A stretch of 64,000 nt of DNA. It comes from Hydrolagus affinis (lineage: Eukaryota). Where the stretch lies: NCBI GenBank assembly GCA_012026655.1, contig JAAILG010000173.1, forward strand, positions 62,001 to 126,000. The letters are read 5' to 3'. Shown here piece after piece: positions 48,586 to 60,647 of the stretch. The position numbers were made by a program, and so were the translations under genes. Position 1 is the stretch's first letter. Every line of letters begins with the position of its first letter. The notes below the pieces were generated by a model, which made no database searches, was not told where the DNA came from, and saw nothing but the letters and a program-made list of their open reading frames with translations.

Positions 48586-50189
48586 ATTGAATACACGCAT
48601 GTGTACAAATCTTTAAATAATAAAGGCAATAATAATAATAATAAAGGCAACAATAAAGGCAAGTGTAATGAAGCTTGTGTGAATTTAAATGGGGGGTAAT
48701 GCATGTTTGATTGAAAAGCAACATTAAATCCTTACTTTTTTTTAATCTGGAAGCTGAAATTTGTAAATGATTTATTTGCCAAAGGATTGTACAAGTCTCT
48801 CTGAATATAATAATTCAGTTTTTAAAATGTCACTACACTTAATTCTTGATGTATTAAATATGTGAACTAAATGCAGTAATGGACAAAGGTCCCCCTAAAA
48901 GAAAACTCAAATGATAGCTGTAATTTAATTATAGTTTTAAATATGCTCCTGGTATTTAGACAAAGTAATTCAAGGTTATTGAAGGTTGAGAATAATTGGA
49001 GACTAGGGACATAATAATGAGGGTGTACCAAAGAGAAGTGAAACATTGTATTCCTACTGGACTCTGTCCATAGGTAAACCTGATATGACTGTTATGTTAA
49101 TGATTTAATTAATATCATGCATATCATTAGTAAATGAAGTGGAATATCACTGGCGAACATTAATTACAAAAAGATAAGTCACTACCTTTGAGTAGAGAAT
49201 ACTAACTACCAACTAAAACTTTATATAAGCAGTTCTTGCATCTCTTCTCATTTGTGATGCACAATCCAGAGCTGACATGAGGATTTTGTGCTTGGCTTGT
49301 TGTTTAAGCTATTTGTTAGCTGGTGACCTTAGGTGGGATGATGTATGCTTTTCTCTGGGTTGAAGTGGAACAATTTTGGTCCATGCAGTGGTGAACAAGG
49401 TGCCATGTAATCTATCACAGGTTTTTTTTCACCCCAAGCTGCACAAATTATTTAAGTACGAGTATCTAAAACTCATATCTGCTATAGCTTTCGGTTGATT
49501 GTTGGTATTATACAATATTAGGTTTATGTGGATTTTCAGTTTAAGGAGAACAATCACAGAGCAGTGATGGGATATTTATTGTGGAACTTATTCCTGAACA
49601 GAACCCTTCTCCTTGAGAACTCTTAGTTGATTGTTTCAAATAATGCTGCAATGTTATGTGTACATAGATTGTGAAAATCGCTATATCAAATGCAATGATT
49701 ATTATTACTATAAATAGATGTGATAAACTGCAGTAACACATGTGACTGATAATTACTCACAAATGAGGGCAATATAAATGGAGGGAAGCTAAATTTTAAA
49801 TGAATCAATAATTTTTACAGTTTCAAAGAAAGATGCTGGTGCGTTGTACTTGTGAATTTCAGACCATGAGATTTAGCTGAACTAAACGGTATGAACTCTA
49901 ACACTGCCATCCACTGGATCTTCAATATTACTGTTCTTACTGAATAGAGCACTTTCGAACCAAGCTTGATTCTGTTTATGCGTGCGTGTATGTGTGTTTC
50001 ACAATATACCCTCTGAAAATTGCTGCTGAGTGAAACATTACAGTTTAGTTTAATGGGTAGACATTGCCTTTGTGTCCTGTCCTGGCAAACAGAAGCTTCT
50101 TATAGTGAACGCAACACACTTTGTCAAACACTCTGGGCTAATGAATCAAAGCATTGGCACATTTGCATATAGGAGGATTTAGCACGAAT

Positions 50190-50342
50190 TATAATAATAT
50201 TAATAATTAAACCTTTGTGTTATAGCGCCTTATCACATCTTCCAGATGTCTTAAAATGCTTCAAAGGTTATATTGGAAAGTGGATCGACTATATTTTGTG
50301 GGCGAAACGCAGCAGCCAATTGCGCACTGCAGTGTTCCACAA
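50190..50342 (-). mobile_element. Family A SINE 3' fragment
   Basis: tatagcgccttatcacatc...gggcgaaacgcagcagccaattgcgcac. Confidence 0.88.
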
Positions 50343-51329
50343 TTCTGATATAGTCAACTGTTTCTGATCACTACGTTTTGGGGGGAAAATCTTGTAGAAA
50401 TTATTAATATGATTAGCGGCAATAAAATGGTAACAATTAAAATCCATTTTATTTTACCCCTCCCCCCACCCTCCAAGCTGCTTCATTTCTCCTCAGCGAA
50501 ATTGCATTTATCTTTCTTTTTGTATGCACTCCTGTGTGTTTTTTAATCAGGGAGGAAAAAAAATAATGAGATTCTCATTCAATTTGTGGTTCGTGCACAG
50601 GGCATATATCCCAGCATTTTTTTCACCGTGCCACCCACTAATGAATACATTTTGAATCTTAGAAATCTCATCTCCATCCTTCCATTAACAATAGCCCTAG
50701 GGTGATGCAGTGAGAACATTTGTGATGTATCTATGCGAGCATTACACTTTGATGGTGACTGTAGGGCACACAAAGTCCCTCGACTAGTTTGCATCTTAAA
50801 GGGCACTGCTGACAGTTGGTTGGTCAGAGATCAGAAACCTCATCTCTGATGTCAGTGAGGGCAAACTCCTTTGACTTACAAGGATTGCTGATGAATTCTG
50901 ATGGCTGTCACACTGCAGGCTAAAAAATGTTAGGTAGATCTAAGAAAATGCTGTGGAATCATGAATGCTGGAATCTGCATTGTATGCCACAGAACCATCA
51001 TGTCTACCTCCCCCCCGTCCCCCACCCCCTCCAGCTCCCCTATACACACACACAGCAGTCATTGAAGCTGTTTGAGAACTTAAAATTTTCTCCCAAGAAA
51101 TAATAGTTAATTTGAATAATATGCAAAAGTACCATTGCTGCTGCTTGTACTGTATCAAGCAAAGATAAAACTGTGTTGCACTCAGATCTGAAATTTTATT
51201 TGGATTATTAGCAATCCATACCAAATTCCAATTTATTTTGTTTGATTATTTTTCTTATGAGAGCTTGCTTATTCCTGTAAAACATTTATAGAACTCTTTT
51301 GGAACTAATAATGCTTGGAGCCCTCCAAT

Positions 51330-51570
51330 GGATCAGTTGATGATTTTACTGTGTGGTGGGTACTGATCCTTACAAAACCAGAAGGTCACAGGTTTGATCT
51401 ATGATCTCTGCTAAATTAGTTGATCTCAGTCAGGATAGAGGTGAGATCACTATGATTAACATCAAGGTGCAAATACCAGCAGGACAACAATTAGCTTGAT
51501 CTTCTGCTCTGAATTGCCATCCAGTGGCAATTTACTGCAAATTACAAGTGTACAGATATTCCACAAAGAC
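51330..51570 (+). mobile_element. Family C old SINE 5' part
   Basis: accagaaggtcacaggtttgatc...tgctaaattagttgatctcag...atccagtggc. Confidence 0.55.
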
Positions 51571-51924
51571 TGATATAGCACTTTTCATATCAGGACAATC
51601 TAAAACACTTCACAGGATTCATCATGAAGTGTGGTGACTATGTATTTGTAGGCAGATGTGAAAAGGTGCTACATCAAATGCAAGTCCATTTGTGAGCAAC
51701 AATGTCCCACAAAGAGCCATGAAGTGAATGACTGATTTTAATAGTCAAATGATCTCAGTGTTTGGACTCCTGTATGAAGAATGTCCATTTGGATGAGGCT
51801 CTGGGAGACATTTCTATCAAAGTGTACCAAGAAATAAGTCATGCTTTTTAGGGAAGGGTAGAAAGCACAACATCGTGGAGAAAAGATTTATTTTCTGGGA
51901 TGTTGCTGGCGCAGATTATGTCAC

Positions 51925-52346
51925 TCTGGCACAGTAACTAAACTTTCGTCTGAGTTAGAAGCTTGAGTGTTCAAGTCTTACATGAGAACTTGGAATCACA
52001 TAGTTTAAGCTGACACTCCAGTGCAGTGTTGGGGGTATGTTGCATTGTCGGAGGTGCCGTTCGGATAAGACATAAAAGCGAAGCCCCGACTACCTGTTCA
52101 GGTGGAGTTTTAACAATTCTGTGGCACTATTCAAAAAGAGTTCCTCCCTGTGTCCTTGCCAACAATTCCCCAAATAAAATTGGTTGCTTGTTCCACGCCA
52201 TTGTGCGTCACTGCTGTGTGTAACTGGCTACCTGGTTTCACCCACAAAATACAGTCAAACCAATATTCCATATATTCTGTGAACCACTTTGAGACATCTC
52301 AATGACATGACAAGGCACCATATCCAATACAAGGATTATTATTATT
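51925..52346 (+). mobile_element. DeuSINE-type SINE, near full length
   Basis: tRNA-like head, Deu domain tgtcggaggtgccgttcggataagac...tggcactattc...tgtccttgccaac, and the same tail as family A (caaggattattatta). Confidence 0.85.
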
Positions 52347-52402
52347 AATTCCTGCTTTTACCATATACCAATAACTATACATCAAAGTAACACATTGTAC
52401 AA

Positions 52403-53135
52403 CAGTAGAAGCCCGTTTATCTGGCACCTGCGGGACCTAGCCAAGGCCGGTTCAAGCACCTGCCGGATATTTGGGCAGCCGAAAACCCACTACAAAAAAA
52501 TTTAAGTTCTTTTAATACACACCATACACACCAGACTAAGTAATAAAGATAATAACAGAATATTATATTGGTACTTATTGTTAAAACTACTCTCTTGCGC
52601 TTCTCACCTTTACTGATTGAGGTTTACAGTCCAGCGATTCTTTTTTAAATAGAGCCAAGTGGGTGAAAAAAACGGCAGCGCGATTTTAAAGTCGCGCGAC
52701 TTCACTAGATGCAAGCCGAAGCCCTAGACTCTACTGGTGGCAAACCAAAATATTGCAGCTACGCGACAATGTGGGTTATCGGCTAGCATTATCGGCTTGC
52801 CGCTAGTATGCCTTTAAAGTCATATGCGCTCCGTTTTTTTCACCCGCATGGCATGCTCCATTTTAAAAAGAATCGCTGGACTATAAAACCTCAACCGCAG
52901 CATCATGGCTTCAAGCGCAGCATCTACCAGAAAAGGTAAAAAGCGCAAGAGAGTAGTTTTAACAATAAGTATCAATACAATATTTTGTTATTATGTTATT
53001 ATTTATGCATCTACAAATGCTCCACCGCTATTGTTCTGGATAAGTTCCGGTTTATCGAATGGGGACTTTTTTGGGGGCATGCTGGTTATACGGAAGTGCC
53101 GGTGCATCGAGTCACAGATAAACAAGCTTCTTCTG
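52403..53135. mobile_element. pogo/Tigger-like non-autonomous DNA transposon (733 bp) with internal inverted repeat
   Basis: TIRs cagtagaagcccgtttatctg / cagataaacaagcttcttctg|TA. Both ends are colinear with 37358-37575. Contains MASS...KRKRVVLTI, a pogo/CENP-B-type transposase start. Confidence 0.88.
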
Positions 53136-54349
53136 TAGTTAGCACAATGAGGTGCTAACTACAGAAGAAGCCCTATAATGACATGATAAAATTCAATATG
53201 GAATGAAAAATTATTTATATTATTTACAATTATAATATTTATAATTTTATGTGGAATTATATAATTTGTTCCTTTTTTTTGTAATTTTCCCCCATTTTTG
53301 AGTTGGATTCAGCATGTTGACGAATTGTATTTTGGGGGCATTATAAGTGTATTTATTAATGTTTTAAGATTAAAATGAAACAATTGGTATTATTTTCTAT
53401 ATCTGATCTGAAAGGATCGTTCTTAGGCTATTTCAGCAGGGATAAAATACTGATATTAATTTTCTGGACAGAGAATAAAATGAAGTTACGTTCCTCTCAT
53501 GCATTATGAATGAAGGTTGGATCTGTATTCCATACTAGTACAGGTTGCAATGCTTAATAAATAGCAAACCACAATGAACTGCATACTGCCTTATACCCTG
53601 CACAGGGCAAAGCTGGGCACCAATTAGGCATACAGATCTAGAAAACATCAGTTTATCAGTAAAAATTAAACAAGTTAACAAAAATGTAATAAAATTAAAT
53701 TGATTATAGAATAAACATTTTATTCAATGAGTTATAATCGTATTTTGATTCACAGCAGATTCAGAATAATATTTCTGTATGTTGTGATATGCTTGCGCAA
53801 GTTCTTAAGACACATTTTGAGCTGTTCAATCTAAAGGAAGGTTTGTATCTGATCCTTACTGTTTTAGAGGTATAGTAAGATAGTGGAAGGGATATAACTT
53901 TACCTCCTGGGATCCCAGAGAAAATTCTGCACCAATCTACAAATGCAGAATTTTATGGGTGGTTTGGAGTGAATCTTGAAATCTTGGAATCAACCCTGGT
54001 AAGAAAGTGAATTCTCACTTGTTTTATTTACAAAGTTCAATGACATGAGCAAATAGTAGAAAGAAGGCCGTTATTATATAATGTTTGTTCGCTCCATGTT
54101 GTGGGATATTGCTGTGCGCAAACTGGCTGTCACATTTCACCTACAAAATACAGTCAATCAGTAGAGTATAACGCCCTGAAGCACTTTGAGTCATAGTGAC
54201 GATGCGGTAAAGTAATTTTTTTTAGAAAAGGAAGTATTATTATTATTAATGGAATTGTATTGTGGGGATAATAAAAGATGTCTGCAGAAGAAAGAAAGAA
54301 CGTGCAATTGCTTAGCATTTATTTTGAAATGTCTTCACATTGTCTACCC

Positions 54350-54620
54350 TTCGCAACAATAAAAATGTATCCTCTTGTCCTACTGCCTTGGCATACCTGA
54401 GGAACGCTTGCAGTTTACTACATTTCGTTGGAAACATCTATTGTTGCTTCAGTGTTGAAGTGTGCAATCAGTGTTGTGTCCGATACCCTTGTCCGATACA
54501 TATCATGGAATGTCACAGGCAAAGATTAGGGATTTTGACTGGTCATCTGGAAATAATGGTAAAGGACAGATGCTGTTAAATTTCAAATGCAAAATCCTGG
54601 GAATCCAGAAAACAATTATA
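54350..54620 (+). mobile_element. Very old RTE-clade relic
   Basis: RQRLGILTGHLEIMVKDR (RRLRW.GHV.RM..DR-like), preceded by an RW.....EV remnant. Confidence 0.4.
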
Positions 54621-55699
54621 CTTTTTTGAGAAAACTAGTGAGGTCTCATAATTTAAGGCCCCATAATCAGCCTTCAAAAAAAAGAAGTCTCTGATTTGCC
54701 TTCCTTTCTCACCTTATCCCTATCAACGAGCTGAAAGAAATCTGCCAACGAGTTAGCTGTGTTGCACTGCCAGCTCCTGGTAAGATTTATCATTACCAGC
54801 TCTTGAGTCCCATTGCTATCACTTCTTCGATTCCAATATAACTGAAGCACTCTGCATAATGTCAAAGTGAATGCACAAGATATTATTTAATGATGGCTAA
54901 ATCCCTATTATATAACCATTGTGAAATGTTTGATATGTTAGCTAACAGCATGTCCTAAACCCCATTGTAAGTAAATTGAAACTTTGGTCTATAACCAGGT
55001 GCTCTCTGTTTCTTGTTCCAGGACTGAGACTTTGCATTTCTTAATGCAGCTTCCAGCCAACGCTGAATTCTTATGCTAGTCTCCACTTCTTACATTTCCA
55101 CAAGGGATATATTCACTAATATTTGCCATAGTGTCATTTATGATCTATAGTCTTTGTTCTTATCTCCCTAGAAACACTATCGTAATGGGAAAGAATTTTC
55201 CAATTTGTTCACTAAAACATGAATAAAGCATATTCATGCAGATGGTTTGTTCTGAGCTGTGTTCATATAAACAACAAATTGCAAGTAAATTAATTTATGG
55301 GACAGCACTTAATAGAATTACTGAATTAAAACAATATTAGTGTCATTCTAAAAAATGTGCACTACTTCATAAAAGAGCAAAATGAAATGAAGTGATTGTG
55401 CTATTAAATGAAACAATTTTTCTAATTCTTAATTCTAAAAACTATGTGAATCAGATCATATATCAGATCATACACAAAGCCTCCTAGAAAAATTAGATGT
55501 CCTTATACTTAATTGTGTAAAGCCATTTTGACTTCCTTTTTCTCTATTCAGTGGGTTCAATGTGAAACTATTTTTGATTTATTTCTATATAAACTCATTC
55601 TTAATAGAGAAACGTAAAAATAAATATTTGTTCTAAATGTCAACAACAGGGAAGGTATTACCTAGCAGAACAGTGAAAGATATAAAGGACAATATTCAT

Positions 55700-56100
55700 A
55701 GCTTTAAAGCATTACCTGTTTCAATATTGACCTTGTGTTGATGACAATTGTCTTCCTCTGAGTTTCTCTTATTGCTTTCATGCTGAGAGAAGTACAGAAA
55801 TGCATAACCGATGGAAAATGAATGTGAATTGTCTATTTATTTGTCCTGTAGGATAAAATTGCTTTTTGTTCCAATTCTTATCATAACATCTTCAACCTTC
55901 TGTAGGATATAGTTCCTTTCACATTTAATCATTCTGCAAAATAAATTCCCTATAACCTTTAGAAATTGATGAAAATGAAGGCAAAGGCCAATCCTGATCA
56001 TCTAAACTAGTGTGTGAACTTCCCTAAGATGTCTGGAAACATTTTTACACAATGAGGAGATTATGTGATTTTACATTAGTCGGTCAAGGAACATGGATTG
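55700..56100 (-). mobile_element. Very old LINE RT relic (RTE-like)
   Basis: Minus-strand remnants resembling ISL.S.ISK, GT...IF and AFLDF.KA in order. Weak. Confidence 0.25.
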
Positions 56101-56236
56101 AAGTTTCTCTTTTACATGGTAAGATATTAAATTCCTTGGAACTTTACTGGATAGGAATATGAAGCTGTCTTCATGCAACTTCTCTGCAACATCAAGCCTC
56201 TGATGAGCACTCTACCAAAGAAAGTCATGTCCTTAA

Positions 56237-56545
56237 ATAATAATAATAATCCTGGTATTTAATATACCGCTTTTCACGACTTCTAGATGTCTCAAAGTGC
56301 TTCACAGAATATACTGTAAAGTGAATTTACTGTATATTTGTGGTTTAAATTTGGCAGCCAATTGCGCACAGCAGTGTCCCACAAATAGTCATGGATTGAA
56401 GTAACCAATTTATGATTTTTTTTCTTGTGGGATTATTATCAGGTTTGTAGAGTAAGGAAACTTGCCCAAGGTTTCGCCCTGACCTGCTGGGAATCGAATC
56501 CAGGTCTCTCGCTTGTGAAGCCAGTGGTCCTGAGCTACAGGACTG
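56237..56545 (-). mobile_element. Family A SINE, short form
   Basis: Tail, body and head all present on the reverse strand. Confidence 0.92.
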
Positions 56546-57324
56546 CTTTTAAAACTTTCTTCTGAAAAAGCCTTTGTTAAATTCAACAGTAACATCTACT
56601 GGTAGGATTGCATTTTGTTAGTCCAATGACTTGCATCAATGGGACATGATACCTTGTGTCTGTCATCTGGTCAGAATGAGATGGTGAGTCCAATGCTTTG
56701 GGATGTCCTCCTGATGTGAAAGGCACTAGAGAAGTGCAATTTTGTTGTGGTTGTTGTGACTGAGAATAAGGTGTTTTTCTATAGAAAACAGGAAAAAGGT
56801 CTGACTGAGCTACTATAATCCATTTCTAGTTGGTGCTGCAAAGCAACAAAAACAACTTGAATTTGTACAGTGCTCTTCACATGGGCTAGCATCTTGTCTG
56901 CATAAATAACTTGGTACAGGCTTGAGAACATTTGTTGGTCTTATTGAACAGATTATCAGAAAGGATGGGAAGACCAAGGCACTGGACTCATTTAAGAACC
57001 AGCATGATGCTATACAGGAAGATGCTAGGGTGGGTATTTGGAAAGAATAGTCCAGCACATTGGGACATCTTCTTGACGTGAAAGGTGCTCTATAAATGTA
57101 ATTTTGTTGTTGTTATTATTCATAATAAGATGATAAAAAAGTTAATGTTGGGACGTCCTCTCGACAAGAAAGTCACTCTATAAATATAATTTGGTTATTG
57201 TTGTTGTAACATGGACATTATTAAAGTCTGCCAAAAACATAATTCTGAATATTCTGATAGCTACAGTAAATGTTTGGATGGAAGCAGAGTTAATAGATGT
57301 GCACTGAATCCTTGCAATCCTATT

Positions 57325-57485
57325 GAACATAAGAATATAAGAATTAGGAGCAGGAGTAGGCCATTCAGTCCCTCGAGCCTGCCCCACCATTCAATAAGAT
57401 CATGGCTGATCTTCTATTCTAACTCCACCTACCAGCATTATCCCCATTACCCCTCAATCTCTTTATCCACAAGAAATCTATCAAT
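57325..57485 (-). mobile_element. CR1 3'UTR fragment
   Basis: gaacataagaatataagaattaggagcaggagtaggccattcagtccctcgagcctgcccc is the reverse complement of a 4320-4390-type tail. Confidence 0.9.
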
Positions 57486-58552
57486 CGCAGATGGAACTTT
57501 GGGTCTTAATTGTGAAAATGGGTTCAGCTCAATAATTACAACTTATCCATCTACTAATGGTTATAATGAGAATGTTAGAATGGAGTTTGTTTATTCCACT
57601 ATAAAACACACTGGGGGAATATGGCATTCGATATACCTAAAGTGGGAATCGAGCATGGATCTGAAAGATTCACAGCAAGTTCGTGTTAGATATACATGTA
57701 CCTTCCACAACTTTGATGCTTATTTCATTCTATTCCTGCACACTATTGACATTGAATATTGGAACAAGAATGATCCAGTATATCTTACTTATTTCCAAAC
57801 ACCATTGCTTTATGGAGTTTATTTTCTTCACGTCACATTTTAACCGCACAAACCCTGTTCCACACAAATTAATATTAAAATGTTGAGTGTGACAATTACA
57901 TTAGGTCTAAATCATATGTTATTTGGAGATTTTGGGGAGGTAATTAATGATGCAGTTTGGGTTTGATTACTTCTCTTTGTGTTTAATATGATTCATTTTG
58001 TTTCTCAATGCATAATAAAAGATAACCCATCAGCAGTTCAGACGAAGAAAACTATTCTTTCCAAATACCCACCCTACCAACTTCCCAATATAGCATCATG
58101 CTGTTTCTTAAATAAGTCCAGTGCCCTGGCCTTTCTGTCTTTCCCATCCTTCCTGATAATCTGTTCAAGACATCATAGAATTATGCAGCACAGACGGAGG
58201 CCATTCAGCCCATAGTGTTTGCACCAGCTTTTTGAAAAGAGATGATCAAATCAATGAATTACCTTTTTGGTGCTTCCCTTAATATTTTTTTTGCCATCTG
58301 AACCCTTTCCTTGGTCTTATATTAATACGATGATGGTAATCTGTTACTAAAACTTACAAGAAAGCATTGTTCTGGATTTTCCATGTATTATTGACCAGGA
58401 TTAAATTATTCATCATATAAGAAAATAATTAGATAAATACAAGTTGTCCTTTATCAAAGTTGAAGAGCCCTAGATTATCCAGTTGTTCCTCATGGCCCAG
58501 CTCTCTATCATTGGGCATCAGCTTTGTTGCTGTCTTCTCCACTGCTTCTGGT

Positions 58553-58985
58553 AATAATAATCATTGCATTTAATATTGTGCCTTATCACATCATTGAGAC
58601 ATCTCAAGGTGCTTCACAGAGTATATTGTAAAGTAATTGACTGTGTATTTTGTAGGTGAAATGGTGCAGCAATGACAAAAATTGCACATAGAGTGTCCTA
58701 GAAACAGTCATGAATTGAGTGAACTACTTGGTTTTTTTGGGTTCTGTGATACATTATCAGCACTTATTAATCCTTTGGACATACATTTGTCTTGGACAGG
58801 TGGATAAAATCTTCCAAATAAAATAGGTAATTTGTTTCATGGCCATTTATGGGACATTGCTATGGCATGTAGGCTAACTCATTCACACAACACAATACAC
58901 ACATTCTCATCAATTTAGAATATATTCTATGAAGCTCTTTGAGACATCTGAATCATGTAATTAAGCACTGTGTCGAATGCAAGGA
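58553..58985. mobile_element. Back-to-back pair of SINE 3' halves (58553-58735 -, 58795-58985 +)
   Basis: Tail taataatcattgcattt at the left edge and tgcaagga at the right edge, with bodies pointing outward. Confidence 0.75.
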
Positions 58986-59299
58986 CTCTAATCATATTCT
59001 GGTATCTTTATGACATTGGTGGTCAATAAGATCTCATAATTTCTTCCCTGTGTTTTGCATTAGAACTTCAGCAAAAGGATGAAATGATGTCTTATATTTC
59101 ACCAAATCTTTCTAAGCAATTCCATTCATTGTAGGTATTTTGAACATGAAAAAAAATGATATCTCTCAAAACAATCGCGAAATGAATTTAAATGTGATAT
59201 TCGCGTGTTCAAATTATAAACAGATGGAGAGCTCTGTTTCTCTTCAATCGATGGATTTACCTGATGGGAATTCTATTAACTGAACCAGATGTGTAGGTG

Positions 59300-59680
59300 A
59301 CCTCTTTGACTCCTGCTTGTCTGTCTATGAATAAATAAAACAGTTTTGTGGATTGTGCTGACAATATGTGTGCAAACTGAGATTTGTTTGGCACCTTGTG
59401 GAGCTTTTACTCATTACAGCTGGGTGTACAATTTGTGTTCAAACCTAAGGAGTATTGCATAATCTCTTTGAAAGTGCATGCTTTCCACTCCAACAGCGTC
59501 CAAAGTCATTACAAGGTGTGTTTTACATTTCAAGCCTAATTTTCTCCCTATTTTAAATGCGCTTCTTCTGCTCTGTTGTCTTACAATTGGTGTCCTGCAA
59601 ATGCAGCCACCAGATAAGATAAAACGTGTTGTTTCAGTACATCTATAGTTTCCAACAAGAATGGCAGCAGTTGACAATTT
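59300..59680 (-). mobile_element. Old RTE-clade ORF2 relic
   Basis: ORF 59414-59677 reads ...R SAF...LGLKCKTHLV..L..VGVES.......LLRFEHKLY, resembling the post-RT RTE segment (AF..L...K..L...GxExW....L..FE...YR). Confidence 0.45.
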
Positions 59681-60151
59681 AAAACATCTGTACAGAGGTC
59701 AGGCCCTTTTCTTCTACATTTCCCACCTTTTTTTAGACAACATTTTGCAGTTTTATTTCAAGTTAATTGGGTGACATTCAAGCTTAAATAAAATGGGAGA
59801 ACACATTTGTAGGGGTGAGAAACTGAATGTTTAGAGGGAGTGGAAACATGTGGGGTGCAGCATGTCCCCAAAGGTTGCATTTTATTATACTGTACTGTGT
59901 TTTCTGAATGCAGCCATGTTATACATAATGGATGGGAAAAGAAAGCATCAATATTGTGTACGAATAATGGAAACAATGGCAGTAATATTAGCTAAAGTGA
60001 CTTCAACTTTCAATCCAAAAGGATTTGAAAATTGTCCTACAGTAGAATACAATTTCATATAATATATACAGAGACGACACTTTACAATAAACCCTGTGAA
60101 ACACTTTAAGACATCCTTCTGACGTGAGTGATATCAAATTCAAGGATTATC

Positions 60152-60254
60152 AACAAAAAGCGAAGTTGCTGGATCATTTAGTAGGTCAGGCAGTATCTAT
60201 GGAGAAAGGAAAATTAATCAACATTTCAGGTTCACGATCCTTCGTCAGAACTAG
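60152..60254 (-). mobile_element. Penelope-like element terminal relic containing a minimal hammerhead core
   Basis: Minus strand ctagtt-CTGACGA-aggatcgtgaacct-GAAA-tg-TT-gattaa, followed by tctccatagatactgcctgacctac. Confidence 0.6.
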
Positions 60255-60297
60255 ATTATAATATTTATATTGATGATAACTTTATATTGGTGTACTC

Positions 60298-60647
60298 GTG
60301 GAACCCTGTCACATATTAGTCACAAGTGAGAGGACCTGGGTTCAATTCCCAGGCAGGGCAAAACGTTTGGCAAATTTGCTTACTTCAGATGCCTCTTTTA
60401 CCTAACAGTAAGTAAAAATCCTGTTGTTGGTCGATTGTGGATAGTTTTTCATGGGGAAATAATCCCTTAAAACAAAAAAAATTTGATCACTAGATTTACA
60501 ACTGTTTGTGGGACACTGCTATGTGCAAAAGGCTGCTGTGTTTGCTCATAAAATATACAATTAATTCACATTACAGTGTATTTCTGTAAAGCACTTTGAG
60601 ATGTCTTGAAGATGTGATAAGATGCTATATCAAAAGGCAAGGATTAT
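60298..60647 (+). mobile_element. Family A SINE, long form
   Basis: ggacctgggttcaattccc head, gcctcttttacctaacagtaag core, gcaaggattatt tail. Confidence 0.9.

Noticed and set aside
57211-57843. 210-aa ORF
   Set aside because: Runs antisense through a CR1 3'UTR and AT-rich DNA, with no recognisable domain or splice structure. Likely a chance ORF.
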